DNA from: the human T2T-CHM13v2.0 reference genome, Homo sapiens
Assembly: GCF_009914755.1 (NCBI RefSeq)
Contig: NC_060942.1
Strand: one strand, 5' to 3'
DNA: 64,000 nt
The first letter of the stretch is position 1. Each line of letters starts with the position of its first letter. This document shows positions 40,895 to 54,560 of this stretch, piece by piece. The notes under the pieces were generated by a model. It had not been told where the DNA came from and ran no database searches. It was given only the letters and a program-made list of their open reading frames with translations. A program made the translations under genes and the position numbers.

Positions 40895-41390
40895 ATACCT
40901 TCACATAAACACTAGACAGAAGCATTCTCAGAAACTTCTTTGTGATGTGTGCATTCAATTCACAGAGTTGAACCTTCTTTTTGATAGAGCAGTTTTGAGA
41001 CACTGTTTTTGTATAATCTGCAAGTGGACATTTGGATCGCTCTGAGGCCTACGGTGGAAATGGAAATATTTTCACATAAAAACCAGACAGAAGAATTCTC
41101 GGAAACTTCTTTGTGATGTGTGCATTCAACTCAGAGAGTTGAACCTTTCTTTTGATAGAGCAGGTTTGAAATACTCTTTTTGTAGAATCTGCAAGTGGAC
41201 ATTTGCAGTGCTTTGAGGCCAATGGTGGAAAAGGAAATAACTTCACATAAAAACTAGACAGAAGCATTCTCAGAAACTTCTTTGTGATGTTTGTATTCAA
41301 CTCACAGATTTGAACATACCTTATCATAGAGCAGTTTTGAAACACTCTTTTAGTAGACTTCGTAAGTGGATATTTGGACCGCTCTGAGGC

Positions 41391-41407
41391 CTTCGTTGGA
41401 AACGGGA
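41391..41407 (+). promoter_or_regulatory. Canonical CENP-B box
   Basis: CTTCGTTGGAAACGGGA, exact match to YTTCGTTGGAARCGGGA. Confidence 0.92.
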
Positions 41408-44400
41408 ATACCTTCACATAAAGACTAGACAGAAGCATTCTCTGAAACCACTTAGTGAGGTTCAACTCACAGAGTTGAACTTTTCTTTTGATAGTGCAGG
41501 TTTGAAACACTCTTTTTGTAGAATCTGCAAGTTGACACTTGGAGAGCTTTGAGGCATATGGTGGAAAAGGAAATATCTTCACACAAAAACTAGACAGAAG
41601 CATTCTCAGAAACTTCTTCAGGATGTTTGCATTTAACTCACAGAGTTGAACATACCTTTTTATGGAGCAGTTTGGAAACACACTTTTTGTAGAATCTGCA
41701 AGTGGATATTTAGACCGCTTTGAGGCCTTCGTTGGAAACAGGAATATCTACACATAAACACTAGACAGAAGCATTCTCAGAAACTCCTTTGTGATGTGTG
41801 CATTCAAATCACAGAGTTGAACCTTTCCTTTGATAGAGCTGGTTTGAAACACTCTCTTTGTAGAATCTGCAAGTGGACATTTGGAGTGATTTGAGGCCTA
41901 TGGTGGAAAAGGAAATATCTTCACATAAAAACTAGACAGAAGCATTCTCAGAAACTTCTTTGTGGTGTTTTCATTAAACTCACAGAGTTAAACTTTCCTT
42001 TTCATAGAGCAGTTTTGAAACACTCTTTTCGTAGGATCTACAAGTTGACATTTGAACTGCTTTGAGGCCTATGGTGGAAAAGGAAATAGCTTCACATAAA
42101 AACTAGACAGAAGCATTCTGAGAAACTTCTTTGTGATGTGCGAATTAAACTCACAGAGTTGAACCTTTGTTTTTATAGAGCAGGTTTGAAACACTCTTTT
42201 GCAGAACCTACAAGTGGACATTTCGAGCCCTTTGAGGCCTATGGTGGAAAAGGAAATATCTTCACATAAGAAGTATACAGAAGCATTCTCTAAGACTACT
42301 TTGTGATGTGTGCATTCAACTCATGGAGTTGAACAGACTTTATCTTAGAACAGTTTTGAAACACTCTTTTAGTAGAATCTGCAGGTGGATATTTGGACAG
42401 CTTTGAGGCCTTCCTTGGAAACTGGAGTATCTTCACATAATCACTAGACAGAAGCTTTCTCAGAAACATCTTTGTGCTGTGTGGATTGAACATACAGATT
42501 TGAAACTTTCTTTTGATAGAGCAGCTTTGACACAATCTTTTTGTAGAATCTGCAAGCGGACATTTGGAGCGCTTTGAGGTCTATGGTGGAAAAGGAATTA
42601 TCTTCACATAAAACGTGGAAAGAAGCATTCTCAGAAACCCCTTTGTAATGTGTGCATTTAACTCACAGAGTTGAAACTTTCTTTTGATAAAACAGCTTTG
42701 AAACACACTTTTTGTAAAACCTGCAATTGGACATTTGGGGAGCTTTGAGGCCTATGGTAGAAAAGGAAATGTCTTTACATAAAAACTAGACAGAAGCTTT
42801 CTCAGAAACTTCTTTGTGCTGTGTGCATTCAACTCACAGAGTTGAACCTTTCTTTTGATAGAGCAGGTTTGAAACACTCTTTTTGTAGAATCTGCAGGTG
42901 GACATTTGGAGCGCTTTGAGGCTTATGGTGGAAAAGGAAATATCTTAACATAAAAACTAGACAGAAACTTTCTCAGAAACTTCTTTGTGATGTGTGCATT
43001 CAACTAACAGAGTTGTATCTTTTTTTTCATAGAGCAGTTTTCAAACACACTTTTGGTAGAATATACAAGTGGACATTTGGAGAGCTTTGAGGCCTATGGC
43101 AGAAAAAAATATCTCCACATAAAAACTACATGGAAACATTCTGAGAAACTTCTTTGTGATGTGTGTATTCAACTCACAGAGTTGAAACTTTCTTTTGATA
43201 GAGCAGGTTTGAAACACTCTTTTTGTAGAATCTGAAAGTGGACATTTGGAGAGCTTTGAGGACTATGGTGGAAAAGAAATATCTTCACACAAAAAATAGA
43301 CAGAAGAATTCTCAGAAACTTCTTTGTGATGTTTGCATTCAACTCTCAGAGTTGAACATACCTTTTCATGGAGCAGTTTAGAAACACTCCTTTTGTAGAA
43401 TCTGCAAGTGGATATTTGGACCGCTTTGAGGCCTTTGTTGGAAACGGGAATATCCTCACATAAACACTAGAGAGAAGCATTCTCAGAAACTACTTTCTGG
43501 TGCATGCATTCAACTCACAGAGTTGAACCTTTCTTTTGATAGAGCAGGTTTAAAACACTCTTTTTGTAGTATCTGCAAGTGGACATTTGGAGCGCTTTGG
43601 GGCCTCTGGTGGAAAAGAAAATGTCGTCACATTAAAACTAGACAGAAACATTCTCAGAAACTTCTTTGTGATGTCTGCATTCAAATCAGAGAGGTGAAAC
43701 TTCCTTTTGATAGAGCAGTTTTAAAACACTGTTTTTGAAAAATCTACAACTGCACATTTGGAGAGCTTTGAGGCCTATGGTAGAAAAGGAAATGTCTTCA
43801 CCTAAAAACTAGACAGAAGCATTCTCAGAAATTCCTTTGTGATGTGGGCATTCAACTCACAGAGTTGAAAAATTTCTTTTCATAGAGCAGGTTCGAAACA
43901 CTCTTTTTGTAGAATCCGCAAGTGGACATTTGGAGAGCTTTGAGGCCTATGGTGGAAAACGAAATATCTTTATATAAAAACCAGACAGAAGCATTCTCAG
44001 AAACTTCTTTGTGATGTGTGCATTCAACTCACAGAGTTGAGCCTTTCTATTGATAGAGCAGTTTTGAAACACTCTTTTTGTTGAATCTGCAAGTGGACAT
44101 TTGGAGAGCTTTGAGGCCTATGTTGGTAAAGAAAATATCTTCACATAAAAACTAGACAGAAGCATTCTCAGAAACTTCTTTGTGATGTGTGCATTCAAGT
44201 CACAGAGTTGAACATACCTTATCATAGAGTAGTTCTGAAACCCTCTTTTAGTGTAATCTGCAAGTGGATATTTGGACCGCATTGAGGCCTTCTTTGAAAA
44301 TGGGAGTATCTTCACATAAACACTAGACAGAAACATTCTGAGAAAGTTCTTTGTGATGTGTGCATTCAACTCACAGAGTTGAACGTTTCTATTGATAGAG

Positions 44401-47201
44401 TAGGTTTGAAACACTCTTTTTGTAGAATCTGCAAGTGGACATTTGGAGAGCTTTGAGGCCTATGGTGGAAAAGGAAATATCAGCCAATAAAAAATAGAAG
44501 GATTCTTAGAAACTTCTTTGTCATGTTTGCGTTCACCTTACAGAGTTGAACACACGTTATCACAGAGCAGTTATGAAACACTCTTTGAGTAGAATCTGCA
44601 AGTGGATATTTGGACCCCTTTGAGGCCTTTGTTGGAAACGGGAATATCTTCACATAAAAACTAGACAGAAGCATTCTCAGGAACTTCTTTCTGATGTGTG
44701 CATTCAACTCACAGAGTTGAACCTTTCTTTTGATAGACCAGGTTTGAAACACTCTTTTTGTAGAATTTGCAAGTGGACATTTGGAGAGCTTTGTGGCCTA
44801 CGGTGGAAAAGGAAATATCATCAAATAAAAACTAGACAGAAGCATTCTCAGAGACTTGTTCATGATCTTTGTGTTCAACTCACGGAGTTGAACATACCTT
44901 ATCATAGAACAGTTTTGAAAGACTCTTTTACTAGAATTTGCAAGAGGATATTTGGAGTGCTTTGAGGCCTCCGTTGGAAATGGGAATATCTTCACATAAA
45001 CACTAGACAGAAGCAGTCTCAGAAAGTTCTTTGTGATGTGTGCATTCAACTCACAGAGTTGAACGTTGCTTTTGATAGAGCAGTTTTAACACACTCTTTT
45101 TGTAAAATCTGCAATTGGATATTTGGAGAGCTTTGAGGCCTATGGTCGAAAAGGAAATATCTTCACATAAAAGCTACAGAGAAGCATTCTCAGAAACTTC
45201 TTTGTGATGTTTGCATTCAACTCACAGATTTGAACATCCTCTTCATACAGCAGTTTTGAAACACTCATTTTGTAGTATCTGCAAGTGGACATTTGGAGCA
45301 CTTTGAGGCCTGTGGTGGAAAAGGAAATATCTTCACATAAAAACTAGACAGAAGCATTCTCAGAAACTTCTTTGTGATGTTTGCATTCAACTCACAGAGT
45401 TGAACAATCCTTTTCATACAGCAGTTTTGAATCTCTCTTTTTGTAGAATCTCCAATGGACATTTGGAGCGCTTTGGGGCCTTTGTTCGAAACGGGAATAT
45501 CTTCCCATAAAAACTAGACAGAAGCTTTATCAGAAACTACTTTTGGATATGTGCTTTCAACTCACATAGTTGAACCCTTCTTTTGATAGAGCAGTTTTGA
45601 AACACTCTCATTGTAGAATCTGCAAGTGGACATCTGGTGTGCTTTGAGGCCTATGGAGAAAAAGGAAATATCTTAACATAAAAACTAGACAGAAGCATTC
45701 TCAGAAACTTCTTTTTGATGTGTGTACTCAACTGACTCAGTTAAACCTTTCTTTTGATAGAGCAGTTTTGAAACACTCTTCTTGTAGAATTTATAAGTGG
45801 ATATTAGGAAAGCTTTGAGGCTTTTGTTGGAAACGGGAATGCCTTCAAATAAAAACCAGACAGAAGCATTCTCAGGAACATCTTTGTTTTATGTGCATTC
45901 ATCTCACAGAGTTGAAACTTTCTTTTGATAGAGCACATTGAAACAAACTTTCTGTAAAATTTGCAAGTGGATATTTGGACAGCTTTGAAGCCTTCGCTGG
46001 AAACGGGAGTATCTTCACATAAAAACTAGATGGAAGGATTCTCAGAAACTTCCTTGCGAGGTTTGCATTCAACTCAAAGAGTTGAACATTCCTTTTCATA
46101 GAGTTGTTTTGAAACACTCTTTTTGTAGAATCTTCAAGTGGACATTTGGAGCTACTTGAGGCCTGTGGTGAAAAATGAAATATCTTCACATAAAAACTAG
46201 ACAGAATCATTCTCAGAAACTTCTTTGTGATGTGTGTACTCAACTCACAGAGTTGAACATTTCTTTTGATAGAACAGTTTTGAAACACTCCCTTGTAGAA
46301 TCTGCAGGTGTATATTTGGACAGCTTTGAGTTTTTCATTGGAAACGGGAATATCTTCTCATAAAAACTAGACAGAAGCATTCTCAGAAACTTCTCTGTGA
46401 TGTTTGCCTTCAACTCTCAGAGTTGATCATTCTTTTTCATAGAGCAGTTTTGAAACACTCTTTTTGTAGAATCTGCAAGTGGACATTTGGAGCACTTTGA
46501 GGCCTGTGGTAAAAAAGGAAATATCTTCACATGAAAACTAGACAGGAGCATTCTAAGAAACATATTTGTGATGTGTACACTAAACTCACAGAGTTGAACT
46601 TTTCATCTGATAGAGCAGTTTTGAAACACTCTTTTTGTGAATCCTGCAAGTGGACATTCAGAGAGCTTTGAGGCATTCTTTGGAAACGGGAATAACTTCA
46701 CATAAAAACTAGAAAGAAGCATTCTCAGAAACTTCTTTGTGAGGTTTGCATTCAACTCACAGAGTTGAACTTTTCTTTTGATAAAGCAGTTTTGAAACAC
46801 TCTCTTTGTAGAATCTGCTAATGGATATTTGGACAGCTTTGAGGTTTTCGTTGGAAACGGGAATATCTTCACATAAAAACTAGACAGAAGCATTCTCAGA
46901 AACTTCTTTGCGATATTTGCATTCAACTCATAGAGTTGAACATTCCCTTTCATAGAGCAGGTTTGAAACACTCTTTTTGTGGAATCTGCCTGAGGACATT
47001 TGGAGCGCTTTGAGGCCTAAGGTGAAAAAGGAAATACCTTCACATAAAAACTAGACAGAAGCATTCTCAGAAACTTCTTTGTTAAGTGTGCACTCAACTC
47101 ACAGAGTTAAAACTTTCTTTGATAGAGCAGTCTTGAAACACACTTCTTGTAGAATTTACAAGTAGATATTAAGAGAGCTTTCAGGCTTCCATTGGAAATC
47201 C

Positions 47202-47227
47202 TGAAGATATTCGCTGGAATATCTTCA
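47202..47227. other. 11-bp perfect inverted repeat with 4-nt spacer, created by an insertion at a B-box site
   Basis: TGAAGATATTC-GCTG-GAATATCTTCA. Confidence 0.92.
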
Positions 47228-49084
47228 CTTAAATTGTAGACAGAAGCATTCTCAGAAACATCTTTGTGATGTGTGCTGTTGGAACTTTCCTTTGATAGAG
47301 CAGCTTGAAACACTCTTTTTGTAGAATTTGCAAGTGGATATTTGGACAGCTTTGAAGCCTTCGCAGGAAAAGGGTTTATCTTCACATAAAAACTAGACAG
47401 AATCATTCTCAGAAACTTCTTTGTGATGTTTGCGTTCAACTCACAGGGTTGAACATTCCTTTTCATAGAGCAGTTTTGAAAAACACTTTTTGTAGAATCT
47501 GCAAGTGGACATTTGCAGCATTTCGGGGCCCATTGTGAATAAGGAAATATGTTCACATTAAAACTAGATAGAAGCATTCTCAGAAATTTCTTTGTGATGT
47601 GTGTACTCAACACACAGAGTTGAATCTTTGTTTTGACAGAGCATTTTCAAACCCTTTTTTGTATAATCTGCAAGTGGATATTTGGATAGCTTTGAGGCTT
47701 CCGTCGGAAACAGGAATATCTTCACATAAAAACTAGAGAGAAGCATTCTCAGAAACTTCTTTGTGAAGTTTGCCTTCAACTCACAGAGTTGAACATTCCT
47801 TTTCATAGAGCAGTTTTGAAACACTCTTTTTGTAGAATCTACAAGTGGACATTTGGAGCGCTTTGAGGCCTATTTTGGAGAATGAAATATTTTCACATAA
47901 AAACTAGACAGAAGCATTCTCAGAAACTTCTTTGTGATGTGTGTACTCCATTCACAGAGTAGAACCTTTCTTTTTATAGAGTAGTTTTGAAACACTCTCC
48001 TTGTAGAATCTGCAAATGGATATTTGGACAGCTTTGAGGCTTTGGCTGGAAATGGGAATATCTTCGCATAAAAACCAGACAGAAGCATTCTCAGAATCTT
48101 CTGTGCACATTCAACTCACAGAGGTGAAACTTTCTACTGATAGAGCAGCTTTTAAACACTCTTTTTGAGAATTTGCAAGTGGATATTTGGACAGCTTTCA
48201 AGCCTTCACTGGAAACGGAAGTATCTTCAGGTTAAAACTAGACAGAAGCATTCTCAGAAACTTCTTTCTGATGTGTGTCCTCAACTCACAGAGTTGAACA
48301 ATTCTTTTGATCTAGAAGTTTTGAAACACTCTCTTTGTAGCATCTGCAAGTAGACATTTGGTGTGTGTTGAGACGTATGGTGAAATAGGAAATATCTTAA
48401 CATAAAAACTAGACAGAAGCATTCTCAAAGACTTCTTTGTGATGTTTGCATTTATCTCACAGATTTGAGCATTCCTTTTCATAGAGCAGTTTTGAAACAC
48501 TCTTTTTGTAGCATCTGCAAGTGGACATTCGGAGCGCTTGGAGGCCTATGGTGACAAAGGAAATATCTTCACATAAAAACTAGACAGAAGCATTCTCAGA
48601 AATTTCTTCTTGATGTGTGTACTCAACTCACAGAGATAAACCTTTCTTTTGCTGTAGCAGTTTTGAAACACTCTTTTTGCAGCATTTACAAGTGGATATT
48701 TGGACAGCTTCGAGGCTTTCATTGGAAAAGGGAATATCTTCACAAAAAAATCAGACTGAAGGCATTCTCAGAAACTTCTTTGTGATGTGCGCATTCAACT
48801 CACAGAGTTGAAACTTTCTTTTGATAAAGCAGCTTTGAAACACTCTTTTTGTAGAATTTGCAAGTGAATATTTTGAAAGCTTTGAAGCCTTCGCTGGACA
48901 CGGAAGTATCTTCCCATAAAAACTAGACAGAAGCATCCTCAGAAACTTATTTGTGATGTTTGCATTTAAGACACAGAGTTGAACATTCCTTTTCATTGAG
49001 CACTTTTGAAACACTCTTTTTGTAGTATCCGCAAGTGGACATTTGGACAGCTTTGAGGCCTATAGAGAAAATGGAAATATCTTC

Positions 49085-52000
49085 ACATAAAAACTAGACA
49101 GAAGCATTCTCAGGAACTGTTTTTTTGATGCTTGTATTTAACTCACAGAGTTGAACATTCCTTTTCATAGAGCAGTTTTGAAACACTCTTTTTGAAGGAT
49201 CTGTAAGAGGAAACATGGAGCTCTTTGAGGCATATGCTGAAAAAGGAAATATCTTCCAATAAAAACTAGACAGAAGAATTCTCAGATACTTCTTTCTGAT
49301 GTGTGTACTCAATTCACAGAGTTGAACTTTTCTTTTGATAGAGCAATTTTGAAACACTCTTTTTGTCAAGTGTGCAAGTGGATATTTGGATAGCTTTGAG
49401 GATTTCGTTGGAAACGGTAATATCTTCACATAAAAACTAGAGAGAAGCATTCTCAGAGACTTATTTGTGATGCTTGCATTCACTTCACAGAGTTGAACAT
49501 ACCTTTTCATAGAGCAGTTTTGCAACACTCTTTTTGAGGAATATGCAAGTGGATATTTGGAGCAATTTGAGACCTATGGTGAAAAAGGAAATATCTTCAC
49601 ATAAAAAGTAGACAGAAGCATTCTCAGAAACTACTTTGTGATGTGTGTACTCAACTCACAGAGTTAAACCTTTCCTTTGATACAGCAGTTTTGAAACACT
49701 CTTCTTGTAGAATTTACAAGTGGATATTAAGACAGCATTGAGGATTTCTTTGGAAACGGGAATATCTTCACAAAAAACTAGACAGAAGCATTCTCAGAAA
49801 CTTTTTTGTGATGTGTGCATTCAACTCACAGAATTGAAATTTTCTTTTGATAGAGGAGATTGGAAACAATCTTTTTGTAGAATTTGGAAGTGGATATTTG
49901 GACAGATTGGAGGCCTTTGCTGGAAACGGGTATATCTTCACATAAAAACCACACAGAAGCATTGTCAGAAACTTCTTTGTGATGCTTCCATTCAACTCAC
50001 AGAATTGAACATTCCTTTTCATAGAGCAGTTTTGAAACACTTTTTTTGTAGAATGTGTAAGTGGAATCTTGGAGGGCTTTGAGGTCTATGATAAAAAAGG
50101 AAATACCTTCCCATAAAAATAGACATAAAAATTCTCAGAAACTTCTTTGTGAGGTGTGTACTCAACTCACAGAGTTGAACTTTTCTTTTGATAGAGCAGT
50201 TTTGAAACACTCTTTTTGTAGAATCTGCAAGTGGATATTTGGATAGCTTTGAGGATTTCGTAGGAAACGGGAATGCCTTCACATAAAAACTAGACAGAAG
50301 CATTCTCAGAAACTTCTTTGTGATGTTTGCATTCAACTCACAGATTTGAAAATTCGCTTACATAGAGCAGTTTTGAAACACACTTTTTGTAGTATCTGGA
50401 AGTGGACATTTGGAGCGATTTGAGGCCTATGGTGAAGAAGGAAATATCTTCACATAAAAACTAGTCAGAAGAGTTATCAGAGACTTCTTTGTGATGTGTG
50501 TACTCAATTCACAGAGTTGAACTTTATTTTGATAGACCAATTTTGAAACAATCTTTTTGTAGTATCTGCAAGTGGATATTTGGATAGCTTTGAGGATTTC
50601 CGTGGAAACGGGAATATCCTCACATTAAAAACTAGACAGAAGCATTCTCAGAAACTTCTTTTTGATGTTTTCATTCAACTCACAGAGTTGAAAATTCCCT
50701 TTCATAGAGCAGTTTTGAAACACTCTTTTTGTAGGATCTGCAAGTGTTCATTTGGAGTGCTTTGAGGCCTTCGTTCAAAACGGGACTATCTTCACATAAA
50801 AACTAGACAGAAACATTATCAGAAAAACCTTTCTGATGTGTGCATTCAACTCACAGAGTTGAACCGTTCTTTTCTAGAGCAGTTTTGAAACACTCTCTTT
50901 GTAGAATCAGCAAGTGGACATTTTGTGTGCTTTGAGGCCTATGGTGAAAAAGGAAATATCTTAACATAAAAACTAGACAGAAGCATTCTCAGAAACTTCT
51001 TTGTTATGTGTGTACTCAACTCACAGAGGTGATTCTTTATTTTCATAGCACAGTTTTCAATCACTCTTTTTGAAGCATTTACAAGTGGATATTTGGACTA
51101 CTTTGAGTCTTTCATTGGAAACGGGAATATCTTCTCATAATAACTAAACAAAAGCATTCTAAGAAAATTCTTTGTGATGTGTGCATTCAACTCACGGAGT
51201 TGAACCTTTCTTTTGATAGAGCAGATTTGAAAAACTCTTTTTGTAGAATTTGCAAGTGGATATTTGGACAGCTTTGAGGCCTTCGCTGGAAACGGGAATA
51301 TCTTCACATAAAAACTAGACAGAAGCATACTCAGAAAGTTGCTTTTGATGTTTGCATTCAACTCACGGAGTTGAACATTCCTTTCCATAGGGCAGTTTTG
51401 AAACACACTTTTTGTAGTATCTGCAAGTGGACGTTTGGAGCTCTTTGAGGTGTATCGTGAAAAAGGAAATATCTTCCCATAAAAATTACACACAAGAATT
51501 CACAGAAACTTCTTTGTGATGTGTGCACTCAACTCACAGAGTTTAACCATTTTTTTGATAGAGGAGATTTGAAACACTCTTTTTCTGGAATCTGCAGGTG
51601 GACATTTGGAGCGCTTTGTGGCCTTCGTTCGAAACGGGAATATCTTCACATAAAAACTAGACAGAAGCGTTCTCAGAAACTTCTTTTTGATGTTTGCATT
51701 CAACTCACAGAGTTGAACATTCCCTTTCATAGAGCAGTTTTGTAACACTCTTTTTGCAGTATCTGGAAGTGGACATTTGGAGCGCTTTGAGGCCTATGGT
51801 GAAAAAGGAAATATCTTCACATAAAAACTAGACAGAAGCATGCTAAGAAACTGCTTTGTGATGTGTGTACTCAACTCACAGTGTTAAACCTTTCCTTTGA
51901 AAGAGCACTTTTGAAACACTCTTCTTGTAGAATTCACAAGTGGATATTAGGACATCTTTGAGGCTTTCGTTGGAAACGGTAATAGCTTCACATAAAAACC

Positions 52001-54560
52001 AGACAGAAGCATTCTCAGAAACTTCTTTGTGATGTTTGCATTCAACTCTCAGAGTTGAACATTTATTTTCATAGAGCAGTTTTGAAACACTCTTTTTGCA
52101 GAATCTGCAAGTTGTCATTTGTAGCACTTTGAGGCCTTCGTTCGAAACGGGAATATCTCCACATAAAAACTAGACAGAATCATTATCAGAAACATCTTTG
52201 TGATGTGTGCATTCAACTCACAGAGTTGAACCTTTCTTTTGATACAGCAGTTTTGAAACACTCTGTTTGTAGAATCTGCAAGTGGACATTTGGTGCGCTT
52301 TGTGGTCTATTGTGAAACACGAAATAACATAAAAACTAGGACAGAAGCATTCTCAGAAACTTATTTGTGAAGTGTGCACTCAACTCACATATTTGAACCT
52401 TTCTTTTGTTAGAGCAGTTTTGAAACACTCTTTTTGTGGAATCTGCAAGTGCACATTTGGCACGCTTTGTGCCTTTTGTTGGAAACGGAAATATCTTCAC
52501 ACTAAAACTCGATAGAACCTTTCTCAGAAACTTCTTTGTGATGTTTGTATTCAATTCAGAGAGTTGAACATTCCCTATCATAGAGCAGTTTTGAAACACT
52601 GTTTTTGTAATATCTGGAAGTGAACATTTGGAGCGCTTTGAGGCCCATGGTGAAAAAGGAAATATCTTCCCGTAAAAACTAGACAGAAGAATTCTCAGAA
52701 ACTTCTCTGTGATGTGTGTACTCAACTCACAGAGTTGAACTTTTCTTTTGAGAGATAAGTTTTGAAACACTCTTTTTGTAGAATCTGCTAGTGGATATTT
52801 GGATAGCTTTGTGGATTTTGTTGGAAACGGGAATATCTTCACATAAAAAATAGTCAGAAGCATTCTCAGAAACTTCTTCAGGATGTTTGCATTCAACTCA
52901 CAGAGTTGAACTTTCCCTTTCATAGAGCAGTTTTGAAACACTCTTTTTGTAGTACCTGGAAACGGACATTTGGAGCACTTTGAGGCCTATGCTGAAAAAG
53001 GAAATATATTCACATAAAAAGTACACAGAAGCATTCTCAGAAACTTCTCTGTGATTTGTGTACCCAACTCAAAGAGTTGAACCTTTCTGTTGATACTGCA
53101 GTTTTGAAACACTCTTTTAGTATAATCTGCAAGTGGATACTTCGATAGCTTTGAGGCTTTCGTTGGAAACGGGAATGTCTTCACATAAAAACTAGACAGA
53201 AACATTCTCAGAAACTTTTTTGTGATGCTTGTATTCAACTCACAGAGTTGAACATTCCTTTTCATAGAGCAGTTTTGAAACACTCTTTTTGAAGAATCTG
53301 TAAGTGGAAACTTGGAGCTCTTTGATGCATATGCTGAAAAAGGAAACATCTTCCAATAAAAACTAGACAGAACAATTCTCAGATACTTCCTTGTGATGTG
53401 TGTATTCAACTCACAGACTTGAACTTTTCTTTTGATAGAGCAGTTTTGAAACACTCCTTTGGAGAGTGTGCAAGTGGATATTTGGATGGCTTTGAGGATT
53501 TCGTTGGAAACGGGAATATCTTCACATAAAAACTAGAGAGAAGCATTCTCAGAAACTTATTTGTGATGCTTGCATTCATCTCACAGAGTTGAAAATTCCT
53601 ATTCATAGAGGAGTTTTGAAACACTCTTTTTGAGGAATCTGCAAGTGGATATTTGGAGCGATTTGAGACCTATGGTGAAAAAAGAAATATCTTCACATAA
53701 AAAGTAGACAGAAGCATTCTCAGAAACTACTTTGTGATGTGTGTACTCAACTCACAGAGTGAGACCTTTCCTTAGATTCAGCAGTTTTGTAACACTTTTC
53801 TTGTAGAATTTACAAGTGGATACTAAGACAGCATTGAGGATTTCTTTGGAAATGGGAATATCTTCACAAAAAACTAGACAGAAGCATTCTCAGAAACTTT
53901 TTTGTGATGTGTGCATTCAACTCACAGAGTTGAAATTTTCTTTTGATAGAGCAGATTGGAAACAATCTTTTTGTAGATTTTGGAAGTGGATATTTGGACA
54001 GATTGGAGGCCTTTGCTGGAAACGGGTATATCTTCACATAAAAATTACAAAGAAGCATTGTCAGAAACTTCTTTGTGATGCATGAATTCAACTCACAGAA
54101 GTGAACATTTTTTTTCACAGACCAGTTTTGAAACACTTTTTTTGTAGAATATGTAAGTGGAACTTTGGAGGGCTTTGAGGTCTATGATAAAAAAGAAAAT
54201 ATCTTCCCATACAAAATAGACATAAGAATTCACAGAAACTTCTTTGTGAGGTGTGTACCCAACTCACACAGTTGAACTTTTCTTTTGAAAGAGCAGTTTT
54301 GAAACACTCTTTTTGTAGAAACTGCAAGTGGATATTTGGATAGCTTTGAGGATTTCGTAGGAAACGGGAATGCCTTCACATAAAAACTAGACAGAAGCAT
54401 TCTCAGGAACTTCTTTGTGATGTTTGCATTCAACTCACAGATTTGAAAATTCGCTTACATAGAGCAGTTTTGAAACACATTTTTTGTAGTATCTGGAAGT
54501 GGACATTTGGAGCGATTTGAGGCCTATGGTGAAGAAGGAAATATCTTCACATAAAAACTA
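49085..54560 (+). repeat. Diverged ~1.4-kb (8-monomer) duplication: ~49085-50465 and ~53180-54560
   Basis: Shared private strings at an offset of ~4096: GATGCTTGTATT, GACAGCATTGAGGATTTCTTTGG, GACAGATTGGAGGCCTTTGCTGG, GGTCTATGATAAAAAAG, GAAAATTCGCTTACATAG, GGTGAAGAAGG. The paired pseudo-ORFs 49720/53816 and 49768/53864 show the same offset. Confidence 0.88.

Larger units (their letters stand above)
40451..45450 (+). repeat. Layer 3: SF5-like (R1/R2) alpha satellite with irregular A/B alternation
   Basis: Switch to GATAGAGCAG and CATTCTCAGAAAC. B-type boxes appear at irregular spacing (40878, 41391, 41727, 42410, 43433, 44289, 44627, 44969). Confidence 0.8.

Noticed and set aside
47202-47227. 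Hairpin as a terminator or MITE end
   Set aside because: There is no U-tract, gene or partner end, and one arm is native satellite sequence. It is treated as a repair scar.
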